A stretch of 64,000 nt of DNA from an uncultured Methanobacteriaceae archaeon (GCA_963763925.1 CAVXQG010000003.1:114455-178454); one strand, 5' to 3'. Positions 34,089-45,604 are shown, numbered from the stretch's first letter. Translations and numbers: made by a program. Notes: generated from the letters alone by a model not told the origin.

Positions 34089-34853
34089 TCATATTTTAAA
34101 AAATTCTGCTGCATTACTGTAAGATACTTTTTTAATATTTTCTGGCTCAACACCGGAGAGCCTAAGTTTGTGAACTGTTTTAGGAACCGATAAAGGATCA
34201 GATGGAGAGGAACTCATATCACTATCCAAAACAAATTTATCATAACCATATTCTTCCATCATCTTAACAGCTTCATCTGCAGTCATCTTCTGAGGTTGAA
34301 CAGTCAACCCTAGAATGCCATTAAAGTCCAAAACACGTCTAATTATAGATTTATCCACATGATCTAACAGAACTAAACTTGTATCAATATTATCTTCAAT
34401 TATTGCTGCTGTCAATTCTGTTATTTCTTTTTTATTTGTTCTTGGTGTATGAACAATAACTTTGATGTTAAGATCTTGAGCAAGATCTAATTGTTTAATA
34501 AATACCTCTTTCTCATATTCTGAACCAGTTTCAAGCCCTATTTCTCCAATAGCTACCACATTTTTATTATCAAGTAGTTCTGGTAGCTTTTCAAGAACAT
34601 TTTCATAATCCGATGATATACTCCTGGGATGTACACCAACAGCGGAATATAATTTTACTCCATTTTTAGCTGCCCTTTTAGTGTCATTTTCCATAATTCT
34701 GTGTATATGATCTAAAACAACTTCGGATGTACTCATTCTCATGGGATCATGTGCACAGCTAACAGCTGTATCAACACCTGCAACTGCCATTTTTTCAAAA
34801 TCTTCATATGGTCTTGTATCTGCATGTATATGGGCATCTATCATATTTATCAC
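34089..34853 (-). CDS. TatD-family hydrolase
   Basis: DAHIH, GVHP, AIGEIGL, VHTP, DH, DSD. Confidence 0.88.
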   Translation of the reverse strand: MINMIDAHIHADTRPYEDFEKMAVAGVDTAVSCAHDPMRMSTSEVVLDHIHRIMENDTKRAAKNGVKLYSAVGVHPRSISSDYENVLEKLPELLDNKNVVAIGEIGLETGSEYEKEVFIKQLDLAQDLNIKVIVHTPRTNKKEITELTAAIIEDNIDTSLVLLDHVDKSIIRRVLDFNGILGLTVQPQKMTADEAVKMMEEYGYDKFVLDSDMSSSPSDPLSVPKTVHKLRLSGVEPENIKKVSYSNAAEFFKI

Positions 34854-34956
34854 CTTTAAACTGCAATCAATGGAGTTAACATATGATTAACATATATTTA
34901 TTTTTAATATCCTAAATAATATTCCATAAAAAAAAAATTTAATATAAGAAAAAAAA

Positions 34957-36678
34957 TTAGATATCTTCAAATTCTAATCTACCTGCCAATAAATCGATTA
35001 AAATACTGTAAATATCTTCTATTGGTTTTCTAATCTGTTTTAAATCATCTCTATTCCTTATTGTAACGGTGTTGTTTTCAAGTGTTTCATGATCCACTGT
35101 TATGGCGAAGGGTACACCTATCTCATCTGCTCGTGCATATCTGCGTCCAATAGTGCCTGATCCATCGTACTCAGCGATTATTCCCTGATTTCTGAATTCG
35201 TCACGGATGTGATTGGCAGTTTCAACCAGTTCATCCTTGTTTACAAGTGGAAACACATTTACACCAATAGGTGCTATTTGTTTATCTAATTTTAGATATG
35301 TTCTATCTTCATTTTCTTTATAGGAATGAAGTAGTACAGAGTAAATGATACGGTCAATTCCATAAGACGGTTCAATCACATGTGGAAGTACCTTTTCTCC
35401 ACGTATAACCTCATCATATTCTTCAAAACTAATTATATCTGGAGTTATTTCATGGAGTTTACCTTCAAGTTCTAATTTAAATTTACCATCCTCTTCAAAC
35501 GCCTTTTTAATATAATCGGCATCTAAATTTTTTAGGGATTCTAATATTTTAGGTGCATCTCCCTTGAATAGTGGGCCGAATTTTTTCATATCGGGTTTTA
35601 CACCTAATTTGGTAATGGTTTTTGGTTCGTCAAACTCTATAAAAACACTGAGATCTTCCTTACTATGGGTGCTGTGAGATTTTAAGTCAAAATCTGTTCT
35701 GTCAGCAATGCCTATTATCTCTATCCAACCAAATCTATCTGTTTGTACTTCAACATCCCAACAGTCAATTGCATAGTGAGCCATCTCGGTTGGAAGATGT
35801 TGTCTAAATCTTATTACATCAGAAGGAATTCCAAGGTCCGACAGGAACCTTGCGGCCAAGCATAGTTGATAAGTTAAAATTTCGCTAGATATTATACCCT
35901 CTTCAACCGCTTTTTTCGCTTTAATTTTTTCCAGTTCTCTGCTGTTAATCTGATTTTCAGCGGAAAATAGTGTTAAGGTATCATCTGCAAGGTTATGAAA
36001 ATTTGGATGGGTTTTTATAGATGGGTCCACAAATATTTCGGCTTCAGCTTGTGTGAACTCTCGAAGTCTAATAATTCCTTGACGTGGGGAAATCTCATTA
36101 CGGTATGCCTTACCAATTTGGACCACTCCAAAGGGTAATTTTCCTCTAAAAAATCTTAAAAGTCTTTTAAATGGTATAAATATTCCCTGCGCTGTTTCTG
36201 GACGCATATATCCAGTTTTTTTACCCTTTGCACCAATAAGTGTTTGGAACATAAGATTATAACTCCATACGTGAGTTAAATGACCGCCACATTTTGGACA
36301 TACTATACTATTTTCTGATAAGATTTCAGTCAGCTTCTGATCTTCAAGACCCTCAACTTCCTGATCTATAGCATCTTCGATGATATGATCTGCTCTATAA
36401 ACTTCCATACACTCCTTACATTCAGTCATAGGGTCTGTAAAATGGTCAACATGCCCAGATGCCTTTAAAGCTTCCTCTGGCATTATGGTTGGAGATTCTA
36501 TTTCATAGAAACCTTCTTGTACTATGTAGTATTTTCTCCATTTCTCAATGATATTACTTTTTAATATGGCACCTAATGGGCCGTAATCAAAAAATCCTGC
36601 TGATCCGGAGTATATTTCAAATGAAGACCATAGAAATCCTCTTTTTTTGGCTATGTTCATTACCTTACTATCTGTCAT
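34957..36678 (-). CDS. glyS: Glycine--tRNA ligase (archaeal/eukaryotic type)
   Basis: DYGPLG, RPETAQG, RNEISPRQG..RLREF, EPSYGIDR, IGRRYARADEIG. Confidence 0.96.
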   Translation of the reverse strand: MTDSKVMNIAKKRGFLWSSFEIYSGSAGFFDYGPLGAILKSNIIEKWRKYYIVQEGFYEIESPTIMPEEALKASGHVDHFTDPMTECKECMEVYRADHIIEDAIDQEVEGLEDQKLTEILSENSIVCPKCGGHLTHVWSYNLMFQTLIGAKGKKTGYMRPETAQGIFIPFKRLLRFFRGKLPFGVVQIGKAYRNEISPRQGIIRLREFTQAEAEIFVDPSIKTHPNFHNLADDTLTLFSAENQINSRELEKIKAKKAVEEGIISSEILTYQLCLAARFLSDLGIPSDVIRFRQHLPTEMAHYAIDCWDVEVQTDRFGWIEIIGIADRTDFDLKSHSTHSKEDLSVFIEFDEPKTITKLGVKPDMKKFGPLFKGDAPKILESLKNLDADYIKKAFEEDGKFKLELEGKLHEITPDIISFEEYDEVIRGEKVLPHVIEPSYGIDRIIYSVLLHSYKENEDRTYLKLDKQIAPIGVNVFPLVNKDELVETANHIRDEFRNQGIIAEYDGSGTIGRRYARADEIGVPFAITVDHETLENNTVTIRNRDDLKQIRKPIEDIYSILIDLLAGRLEFEDI

Positions 36679-36734
36679 TGTAAAATCCCTCGAAATAAAA
36701 TAAATAAATTGATTTTAGTTGTATATGATATAAT

Positions 36735-37343
36735 TTAATCCTTAATCAGGGTAGATCCTCTGATAAGTTCATAATCATGTTTAATCTTACTTGTGACCGG
36801 GCGACTTTGGTTCATATATTTACTATCCCTCTCAGGATGTCCATATGGTCGTTCTGCTGGTGATGTCATCGTTTCAAATACTATTTGGCAAACTCTCTGA
36901 CCAGTGTACAGTGCAACAGGCATTTTTCCAATATTTGAAATCTCCAATGTGATCTTACCACAGAAACCCGGGTCAATGTAGCCGGCTGTAACGTGCATGG
37001 TAATTCCTAACCTTCCCATTGATGAACGACCTTCCACCCTTGCGACTAGGTCATTGGGAAGTTCTACAGTTTCATAAGTAGTGGCAAGTGCAAATTCACC
37101 TGGATGAATTATAAAAGGCTGCCCTTCTTCTATATAAAATGATTCCATATATCCCTCAATGTCTGATTTGTCCATTGGATCTATACAGGGTTTTCTTATT
37201 ATTTTGAAACTTTTAAACTCATTTCCAATCCTTAAATCTACTGAAGATGGTTGAATTTGTTTTTCAGGTTCATTTAAAGGTTTAATAACTATTTTACCTA
37301 ATTTTATATTTTCTTTTATATCTTTGTCACTTAGAATGGCCAT
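36735..37343 (-). CDS. dcd: dCTP deaminase
   Basis: QPSSVDL, GRSSMGRLG, AGYIDPGF.G.ITLE. Confidence 0.95.
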   Translation of the reverse strand: MAILSDKDIKENIKLGKIVIKPLNEPEKQIQPSSVDLRIGNEFKSFKIIRKPCIDPMDKSDIEGYMESFYIEEGQPFIIHPGEFALATTYETVELPNDLVARVEGRSSMGRLGITMHVTAGYIDPGFCGKITLEISNIGKMPVALYTGQRVCQIVFETMTSPAERPYGHPERDSKYMNQSRPVTSKIKHDYELIRGSTLIKD

Positions 37344-38489
37344 TTAATGCCCTCGTTTTCCTTTTTTGATATCTTCTTTTATGTTTATCTTTGTTATATC
37401 TTTGACTATGTTAGGTATTCCACTGCTGTTACCAACACCTAATACCATAATTTTAGCTCCCGGTTTTGAGAGTGATATAGAATTTTTAAGTACTTCTAAA
37501 GCTTTTTTTGAAGATTCTAATATTTTTGTTGTCATTTGGCACATTGCCTCTTCTGGCCCCATTTTGATAATTATGGCATCGACCTCAAGATCATTTTTAA
37601 CCATTTGCTCCTCAATAAGCCATTTGTCCACACCAAATCCTCCAATAACTACACCTATTCCTTCAGCAACAGATCCAGTTTCTTCACCTTCGAGTTTCTG
37701 TGCAGCATCAACAGTAATTAATCTTTTAATACCTTTCTCTTCTATAAGGCGATTAACAGTTTTTCCTATCTTACCTATTCTGGCACCCGGACCTTTTGCA
37801 CGTATAACAGTTATTTCACGGCCATCCATCATCTTATTGCCTATTACAATATCTTCAAAATATTCCAGTTCATCCTCAGACAATTCATCCATAAACATAC
37901 CCGCTACTAAAGGCCCTATACCATCACCTACAGGATTTCCAGCTGAAAATGCGTTCACTCCCTCATATTCGGCTTTAACTAATCGCATTATCATTGGAAG
38001 TCCCATCTGAAGCATCAAGAGTATTTGTAGATTTCCAGTTTTCTTTGAAAGTTCCAAGTTATGTCTTACCATTTTTGCAACACTGTTAATACCCAGTGTA
38101 GCTTTCAGAGTCATGGTGATATTGGATTTCCATTCATCATCCGCGTTTGGGGCGATGGTTTTAGTCATTTGTTGAAACTTTTCTTCACCCATGTTTAAAA
38201 TGCTTTCAAATTTATCCATTATTCCTGTATTATCCAATGAAACAGGCGGAATAATGAAGAATTCCATGAAATTGTCAATTGCGACTGTGGGGTCATTTTC
38301 AGGATTTCCCTTTTCAATAGAAAGCTTTACCAGTTTCAATTTAGATTCCTTAACCATACTCTCAATCTGGAATGTATAATTAGCTATTGAAGAATTAATC
38401 CTCATTTTTAGTATAATAGGAAGCAATATAACCAATAATATGATTGCAATGATTACAATTATATCGAAGGGTGTGATTCCTAGAAACAT
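37344..38489 (-). CDS. DUF1512-family membrane-anchored protein
   Basis: N-terminal TM, PVGDGIGP, GPG, VDAAQKLEGE.TG..AEG.GV.IGG, GVGN. Confidence 0.75.
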   Translation of the reverse strand: MFLGITPFDIIVIIAIILLVILLPIILKMRINSSIANYTFQIESMVKESKLKLVKLSIEKGNPENDPTVAIDNFMEFFIIPPVSLDNTGIMDKFESILNMGEEKFQQMTKTIAPNADDEWKSNITMTLKATLGINSVAKMVRHNLELSKKTGNLQILLMLQMGLPMIMRLVKAEYEGVNAFSAGNPVGDGIGPLVAGMFMDELSEDELEYFEDIVIGNKMMDGREITVIRAKGPGARIGKIGKTVNRLIEEKGIKRLITVDAAQKLEGEETGSVAEGIGVVIGGFGVDKWLIEEQMVKNDLEVDAIIIKMGPEEAMCQMTTKILESSKKALEVLKNSISLSKPGAKIMVLGVGNSSGIPNIVKDITKINIKEDIKKGKRGH

Positions 38490-39208
38490 TATTGTTCCTC
38501 TTTATTATTTATTTCCTTAATCCGAGATTTTATCCTTCTCAATGTCCCTTTCAATGTATGTGCTTCACGTCCGGATATGAACGCCCTTCCAATTATCCTT
38601 CTAAATACAAGAGATGCATTATCACTTTTATGTGGAGGATATCCAAGTTTAAGAATTATTTCGTCCATATATTCCATCAAACCTTCTTTTTCAACTGATG
38701 TGGCTGCTTCAAGTCGATCAACAGGATAAGATTTCTCTCTCTTGAACAGTTCATAGAATATTATGGCTGCTGCGTGGGTTATATTTAATATGGGGTACTT
38801 TTCATGGGTAGGTATACTAACTATTATATCACAAAGTGCTATTTCTTTATTTGAAAGTCCATTTCCTTCTCGACCAAATATTAAAGCCAAATTGCCATTA
38901 TAATTAATCGAGTCTCCGAGATGTTCAGGAGTTACTGCAATTCTTGCTACATTATAACTACCACCAGCGGTTCCTGTTGTTGCAACCGCTGTATCAATTT
39001 GTTTATCAATCAAAAATTCTTTTAAAGAATTGTATGTTTGTAAGTTACTTACAACATCCCTTGCATGCATTGCCTGATAATAACTTTCATTTTCAAGTTT
39101 ACATGGATTGATCAGCACAAGCTTGGTAAGCCCAAAATTTTTCATGGTCCTTGCAAGAAAACCTATATTTCCCGGGGTTTCCGGTTCAACAAACACCACA
39201 TAGATCAT
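38489..39208 (-). CDS. TrmJ/TrmH-family SPOUT RNA methyltransferase
   Basis: PGNIG..ARTMKNFG, FGREGNGL, YPILN. Confidence 0.9.
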   Translation of the reverse strand: MIYVVFVEPETPGNIGFLARTMKNFGLTKLVLINPCKLENESYYQAMHARDVVSNLQTYNSLKEFLIDKQIDTAVATTGTAGGSYNVARIAVTPEHLGDSINYNGNLALIFGREGNGLSNKEIALCDIIVSIPTHEKYPILNITHAAAIIFYELFKREKSYPVDRLEAATSVEKEGLMEYMDEIILKLGYPPHKSDNASLVFRRIIGRAFISGREAHTLKGTLRRIKSRIKEINNKEEQ

Positions 39209-39267
39209 ATTTTTTACAACTCGATACTTTAATTTTAAACTGATAATACTAATTTCATAATATTTAA

Positions 39268-40825
39268 TTATGAATAAGCCATTTCAAGAAGTTTAAGTAT
39301 ATTTAAAACCTTTACATTGGTCATGCCTGCTTTTTCCAGGCTGTCTTTAATGTTATATTCACAGAAGGGACATATGGTTACAACGGCATCGACACCAAGA
39401 TCCTTAACCATATCAACCTTCTTTTTCCCTAGTCCTGCAGCGATCTCTGGTTTACCAGAACGAACTCCTCCACCAGCACCGCAGCACTGATCAGGTATTT
39501 CCATCTCAACAAATTCAAGTCCTTTTATTTTTCTGAGTATTTCTCGGGGCTCTTTACTTATACCCTGTCCTCTGACAAGATGACATGGGTCATGATATGT
39601 TACTCTCATGTTCAGTGGTTTCATATCTTCCGTATTCAGCCTTTCAGCTAAAAACTCACTAATATCGACTACATTCAAGTTAACACCATATTTAGGATAG
39701 TCATTTTTAAGGGTTGAACCACATCCCGCGCAGACTGTTACAATGGTATCATAGTCCTTGAATACTTCCTGATTTCTTTTAACAAGATCTGGAATTGCGT
39801 CTGTCTGTCCAGTTCGAAGTAGTGGAGAACCGCAGCATACCTGATCAGTTGGTACCACAACATCAACATCGTGGTATTCCATGACCTTAAGTAGGGCAAC
39901 TCCTATCTCGGGAAGTCGATAATCAACCATGCAACCGGTAAATAATGCAACTTTCTCTTTTTCATGTTCTGCCATGATTAATAACTGTTTCATCTTCAGA
40001 TATTTTATCTGTAGCTAATTTTTTTTCTGAAACTGCTTTTATAAATCCTTCCCCGTATGGCCCTTTTCCCATTGGTGCAACAGATCTTCCAGTACTTTTA
40101 ATAAGTTCCTTCACATCTCTATGTACAGGTAATGGTCCAATATCTTCCTTACAAGCAATTTCTCTAAGTTTTTCAATTGCTGCTCCGAATGTATTTATTT
40201 CCTTTGGACATACTTCCACACACTTGCCGCAAGATGTGCAACAGTACAGTCCTTCATCAAATCCTTCACGTGCACGATCTTCACAGTCCCTTGGATCCAA
40301 TGCAAACTTGGAAATGTAACGCATGAAATATGGACCAGCAAACTCCTTGGTTTCTTGTACAACAGGACAGGATGAAATGCATGATAAACATTCTATACAG
40401 CTTCTTATCTTTTTAGTATCAGCATATTCATCTGGATTTATAATAGCCGGACATTCTGGGATTGTGCAGTCACCAGATAAGTGTAGATCTAATTCACCAA
40501 CCTTTTCATCGTACTTTGATCTGTCAACAACTAGATCCTTTATAACGTCAAAGTCAAGTGGCTCTATCAGGGAATCATCAACTATTTCGGCTTTACAGGC
40601 TAGAACTACTTTTCCATTCATTTTTAAGGCACAAGATCCACATTGACCGGCTCTACATGAACATCTGTAAGCAATATTGGCATTATACTTCTGATTAATA
40701 TAATTTAATGCATCCAAGATCTTCATTTTATCCTTCTCTTGGACATTATAACTTTCTATATGGGCGATTTCACCCTTTTCAGGGTTTTGCCTTAAAATAT
40801 TGACCTTTATCATTTCTATCTCCAC
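39268..40825 (-). CDS. tfrB: Thiol:fumarate reductase subunit B (SdhB-like plus CCG domains), split by a +1 frameshift near 39973
   Basis: 5' ORF has SCRAGQCGSC [2Fe-2S] and two [4Fe-4S] motifs. 3' ORF has two CCG domains (FTGC...CCG...CAGC; YHDPCH...CCG...CPFC). Confidence 0.85.
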
Positions 40826-41030
40826 ATTTTTATTAAAAATCTATTTAAAAAAGATTCATTTAGAGTCAGAACTTAATAGTAATGCTATTAATCCATTAAA
40901 CGGTTCTATGAATTATTTTTATTCTTAGTGTTAATATGATATTGGTTTATATATTATAAATAATTTATAAATCATAATTTAACATCATTAAATTAATAAT
41001 TTTCATGATTTTTACCATAAAAAAAATTGG

Positions 41031-41615
41031 TTAAGCGTTGTTGTCGATGAGTTTTCTAACTAACAGCCAGTAAATTAAAAGTTCATCTTCCATATTTTTA
41101 TAGTCAGGATATTTATTGGATATTATGTTCCAGAATTTTTTGTTATGTCCCATTTCAACTAGATGGGCTAATTCATGATAAATAACATATTCAATAAGGT
41201 GAGATGGTAAATGCATCAGGTATATATTGATGTTAATGTTTTTTTTAGAGCTGCAACTTCCCCAACGGGTTTTCATCCGTTTGAAGTAGACTTTATTAAT
41301 ATTTACATTCAATTCTTTTGATAATTCCTCAATAAATATTGAAACCATGGTTTTAAATTCTTCATTGGTTCTTAATAAGTTAAGTTCTTTATTATCTGCT
41401 TCTTTTTGTGATGCTTTAATACGGCTTAGTTTTTTGTATATCCATTTTTTATGACTTTTAATAATTTCTTCGTCTTTATCATAATTAAAAGGCATTACCA
41501 AGCGTATTTTATCAGTTTTTATTTCTAATCTTGCATATTTAACATTTCTATGGAGTACTTCGTATTCCACTTCCATATCATTAATTTTAGTTTTTTTGAT
41601 CATGTTTTTGAACAA
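41031..41615 (-). CDS. YgjP/DUF45-family (M48-like) metal-dependent hydrolase
   Basis: MKTRWGSC, YVIYHELAHL...H.KKFW. Confidence 0.88.
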   Translation of the reverse strand: MFKNMIKKTKINDMEVEYEVLHRNVKYARLEIKTDKIRLVMPFNYDKDEEIIKSHKKWIYKKLSRIKASQKEADNKELNLLRTNEEFKTMVSIFIEELSKELNVNINKVYFKRMKTRWGSCSSKKNININIYLMHLPSHLIEYVIYHELAHLVEMGHNKKFWNIISNKYPDYKNMEDELLIYWLLVRKLIDNNA

Positions 41616-41924
41616 TAAAATTTTTTATATTAAGGCTAGTTTCATTTATCTAATATATCCAAATTGTTTAATTATTTTTATTTTCATAATAATTATTTGG
41701 TTATTATATCCAAACGCATAATGCTCCCGAAGTTATAGTTATAAATGTATTCTAAAACTAAACTGGAATAGAATCTAGTTAAGTAAAATTTTTCAATAAT
41801 AATTTATTGAATTTATATATAACAATACTATTCAAAACACATGAATTAATAAAGAGTGAAATAAGTGTTAATTCCTTAAAAATCTAATGAATACATCTTA
41901 ATCTATTATAATTAATATATTTCA

Positions 41925-43784
41925 GTGATTATTATGAATATACAAGAAGTTTTAAAAACAAAAGAAAATGAACAACTGTTCTTGTTAGGAAATGAAGCCA
42001 CAGTAAGGGGAGCTTTAGAATCCGGAGTTGGAATAGCAGCTACCTATCCTGGAACTCCTTCTTCTGAGATAGGTGATGTGTTTTCAAAAATTGCAGAAGA
42101 TGCAGGAATTTATTTTGAATTTTCAACCAATGAAAAGGTTGCCCTTGAGGTAGCTGCAGCAGCAGCTGTTTCAGGAGTGAGATCATTTACCTTCATGAAA
42201 CATGTTGGTTTAAACGTGGCTTCTGATTCTTTTATGAGCGTCCCATACACGAGTGTTGAGGGGGGTATGGTCATATTATCGGCAGATGACCCTTCTATGT
42301 TCTCATCTCAAAATGAACAGGACAATCGTCATTATGCAAGACTTGCAAATATCCCGATGATTGAACCTTCAAATCCTCAGGAAATTAAGGATCTCATGAA
42401 TTACAGCTATGATATTTCAGAACAATATAAAATACCAGTTTTAATGAGGACAACTACAAGGGTATCCCATATGAGGGGCGTTGTAAATACTGGTGCAGTG
42501 CTAGAACCCAAGAAGAAAGGATTCTTTAAACGGGATCCTAAAAGATTTGTTCCGGTACCCTCTTCAGCCATGGTCATGCACAAGATACTGGTGGAAAAAA
42601 TGGATAACTTGAAACAAGTTACCAATAACTCCCCATTAAATCAAATATTTAACAGAAATGGCAAAGTTGGTGTTATAACTAGTGGGGGTGCATTCAACTA
42701 TGTTATGGATGTAATAAAAGAGAACCAGTTAGATGTAAATGTTTTAAAGTTAACATTTTCCTATCCATTTCCTGATGAATTGGTGCTGAAATTTATAAGC
42801 GACCTTGAGTCTGTTGTTGTTGTGGAAGAAGTTGATCCTATAATGGAAAAGGAGATACTATCCATAATTGGTAAAAACAGCCTGAAAACTATTGTGCACG
42901 GGAAATTAGATGGTACGCTCCCTATGATATATGAATACAGTCCAAACATCATTATTGATGCAATGGAAACTGTTTTGGGCAATGAACTTAATAAACACGA
43001 TGCAAATAATTCTAAAATAAGATTACCTGAACGACCTCCAACTCTTTGTCCGGGCTGTCCACATAGGGCTGCATATTTTTCTGTTAAGAAAGCAGTAAAA
43101 CTTCTTAAGCTTGAAGATGTTATATATCCCTCAGACATAGGATGTTACACACTGGGAGTATCATCTCCTTACAATGCTGCAGACTACTTATTATCCATGG
43201 GTTCCTCTATCGGAACTAGCTGCGGATTTTCAAAATCTACAAATCAGAGTATAGTGAGTTTCATAGGTGATTCTACTTTTTTTCATGCAGGAATCCCACC
43301 ACTTATAAATGCAGTTCATAATAAAGCCAGATTTGTACTAGTTATTCTAGATAACAGAACAACTGCAATGACTGGAGGTCAGCCCAATCCAGGGCTGCCT
43401 GTAGATGGTATGGGATTAGAATCGCCCGAAATTTCTATCGAAGAAATTGTAAAAGCTTCTGGTGTCCAATTTTTAAGGACTATTAACCCTTTAAATGTTA
43501 AAAAGTCACAGCAAACATTCAAAGAAGCACTAGAATTTCCTGGTGTATCGGTTGTAATATCTAAACATCCATGCATGTTGATTAAAAGAAGCAAACAGAG
43601 TGATACTTTCCTCGAAGTAAAACAAGATAAATGCGATGCATGTTCTGTTTGTTTAGAAGAACTTTCTTGTACAGCCATCTATACTGATGAAGATGGATCT
43701 GTACATATTGATCCGCAGTTATGCAATAAATGCAATGTATGTGTACAAGTATGCCCCGAAAAGGCCATAGGAATTAAGAAATGA
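41925..43784 (+). CDS. iorA: Indolepyruvate:ferredoxin oxidoreductase alpha subunit
   Basis: YPGTPSSE, NEKVALE, MKHVGLNVA, SSQNEQD, CPGCPH, GDSTFFH, C-terminal ferredoxin. Confidence 0.95.
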   Translation: MIIMNIQEVLKTKENEQLFLLGNEATVRGALESGVGIAATYPGTPSSEIGDVFSKIAEDAGIYFEFSTNEKVALEVAAAAAVSGVRSFTFMKHVGLNVASDSFMSVPYTSVEGGMVILSADDPSMFSSQNEQDNRHYARLANIPMIEPSNPQEIKDLMNYSYDISEQYKIPVLMRTTTRVSHMRGVVNTGAVLEPKKKGFFKRDPKRFVPVPSSAMVMHKILVEKMDNLKQVTNNSPLNQIFNRNGKVGVITSGGAFNYVMDVIKENQLDVNVLKLTFSYPFPDELVLKFISDLESVVVVEEVDPIMEKEILSIIGKNSLKTIVHGKLDGTLPMIYEYSPNIIIDAMETVLGNELNKHDANNSKIRLPERPPTLCPGCPHRAAYFSVKKAVKLLKLEDVIYPSDIGCYTLGVSSPYNAADYLLSMGSSIGTSCGFSKSTNQSIVSFIGDSTFFHAGIPPLINAVHNKARFVLVILDNRTTAMTGGQPNPGLPVDGMGLESPEISIEEIVKASGVQFLRTINPLNVKKSQQTFKEALEFPGVSVVISKHPCMLIKRSKQSDTFLEVKQDKCDACSVCLEELSCTAIYTDEDGSVHIDPQLCNKCNVCVQVCPEKAIGIKK

Positions 43785-43796
43785 AATTTACAGTTT

Positions 43797-44408
43797 ATGG
43801 AGAATAAAATGAAACCTTATAACATTTATATTTCAGGAGTTGGTGGACAAGGTATCATCAAAACTTCAACGGTTATTGGTGAAGCTGCAATGAAAAGTAG
43901 TATGCCAGTGGTTATGAGCGAAGTTCATGGTATGGCCCAACGAGGGGGAGGAGTGTCAACAGAATTGAAAATTGGAGATTCATACAGTCCAATTATTGAA
44001 AAGGGTTCTGCAGATATCTTAATATCCTTCGAACCTGTTGAGGCACTGCGTGCTATTCCAAAGATTAGCAATGAAACATATGTGATCGTAAATGAATCTC
44101 CCATATATCCTTTTAACCTCAGGAAGAGTGAAATATCCTATCCAGATATTGAGATCATACTCGAAGAACTTAACAATAAATCTAGAAAAGTTTTTGCATT
44201 AGATGCAAATAAAATTGCAAATGAATCGGGTCATCCATTATCAATGAACATGGTAATGTTAGGATCAGCAACTGCAATAAATGGATTTCCACTTAAAAAA
44301 GAGATAATAATTGATTCTATGAAGGCAAATTTGCCGCAAAATAGTTTAGATATTAATTTAAAGGCTTTTGAAAACGGATTTAATTTTGTTAAATCCAGAA
44401 TCAATTAA
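43797..44408 (+). CDS. iorB: Indolepyruvate:ferredoxin oxidoreductase beta subunit
   Basis: GVGGQG, SEVHGMAQRGG, NMVMLG. Confidence 0.95.
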   Translation: MENKMKPYNIYISGVGGQGIIKTSTVIGEAAMKSSMPVVMSEVHGMAQRGGGVSTELKIGDSYSPIIEKGSADILISFEPVEALRAIPKISNETYVIVNESPIYPFNLRKSEISYPDIEIILEELNNKSRKVFALDANKIANESGHPLSMNMVMLGSATAINGFPLKKEIIIDSMKANLPQNSLDINLKAFENGFNFVKSRIN

Positions 44409-44604
44409 ATTTTTTTTTTAATTAAATGAAAAATTTTATATATTAAAACTCTTACATGTTAAAGTAGAATATTTTGATAATTATGTAAACATCAAAAAAA
44501 AATTGAATAAAAAAAAATATTTATATTACATTATAATGATTAATTAAGTCTTTTACTAACTAATTATCTATTTATAGAACAATTTAAGTATAATGAGGTG
44601 AATT

Positions 44605-45039
44605 ATGGACAATAAAATTATTGCCTTGATAATGATCATATTATTAATTGTAATTGGAGGATTTTATGTGTTTTCTACTCAGATCAGTGCCAACAATAAT
44701 ACAACCATAAACAACACCAATAACACCACCCAATTAAACACTATCCATACTAATAATGTAAATACTGTAAAAACAACCAATAAAACCAACAACAACAATC
44801 AAAATAGTACTACAAAGGTTAAAATATCTCCCAAACAAGCTCAAATTAATGCAGTAGAGGTAGAAAAAGAATTAACTGGGAATGATGTTTTTGCAGGTAC
44901 ACCTGAACTTTTCAAATGGACAACAAATAACAAACATACATGGGTTTATAATGTGAAACTGTACGATGTTAAAACCAAAAAGGGTGTTGGTGCGCTCTAT
45001 GTCGATGCAATTAATGGGGAAATAATAATGAATGAATAA
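44605..45039 (+). CDS. Secreted or membrane-anchored PepSY-like protein with Asn/Thr-rich linker
   Basis: Signal/TM helix, N/T-rich stretch, ISPKQA...WVYNV...YVDAINGEI. Confidence 0.75.
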   Translation: MDNKIIALIMIILLIVIGGFYVFSTQISANNNTTINNTNNTTQLNTIHTNNVNTVKTTNKTNNNNQNSTTKVKISPKQAQINAVEVEKELTGNDVFAGTPELFKWTTNNKHTWVYNVKLYDVKTKKGVGALYVDAINGEIIMNE

Positions 45040-45110
45040 TTATAACCCTGATTTTCTTTTTAAAATATAAATGAAGGGATTAATTGAGTTAAGGCTCCTA
45101 CAAATAGTGA

Positions 45111-45542
45111 TTAAAGACCATATATCTCTTCTGCTGACACTACTTCCGCACCATCAGATTCCAGAGCTTTGATCCCTGCATCAATATTTTCGGGGTGTAA
45201 AAGCACAATTGCCATTTCTTCTTTTTCTTCTACAAATGCATATAGATATTCTAAGTTAATGTCGTTTTCATCGAGAATACCGAGGATATTACCGAGTCCT
45301 CCAGGTTTATCAGGCATTCTAACAGCTATAACTTCTCCAATTTTCACTATGAAATTGTTATCTTCTAACAACTTTTTGGTTTTTTCAGGTTCTGGAACGA
45401 TCAGCCTTAAAATTCCAAAATCTGAAGTATCTGCAATTGATAGGGCCCTTATACTCACATCACCATTCTCAAGTACATCTAGTGCCTTTTTCATTCTTCC
45501 TTTTCTATTTTCCAAAAATATTGACAACTGTTTTATTTTCAT
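45111..45542 (-). CDS. Tandem ACT-domain protein
   Basis: [44 protein letters not shown]. Confidence 0.9.
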   Translation of the reverse strand: MKIKQLSIFLENRKGRMKKALDVLENGDVSIRALSIADTSDFGILRLIVPEPEKTKKLLEDNNFIVKIGEVIAVRMPDKPGGLGNILGILDENDINLEYLYAFVEEKEEMAIVLLHPENIDAGIKALESDGAEVVSAEEIYGL

Positions 45543-45604
45543 ATTTTGGACTCCTTTTTTGTTTTAATAGTTAACAACTGGTTTAATCATTCTATCAATT
45601 ACTA

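Noticed and set aside
4880-39980. Programmed ribosomal frameshifting as a common explanation for the five split genes
   Set aside because: No shared slippery sequence, stimulatory structure or functional theme. Single-base insertion error is simpler.
44690-44815. AAC/ACC-rich tract resembling a tandem repeat
   Set aside because: It encodes the Asn/Thr-rich linker of a secreted protein and has no fixed repeat unit.
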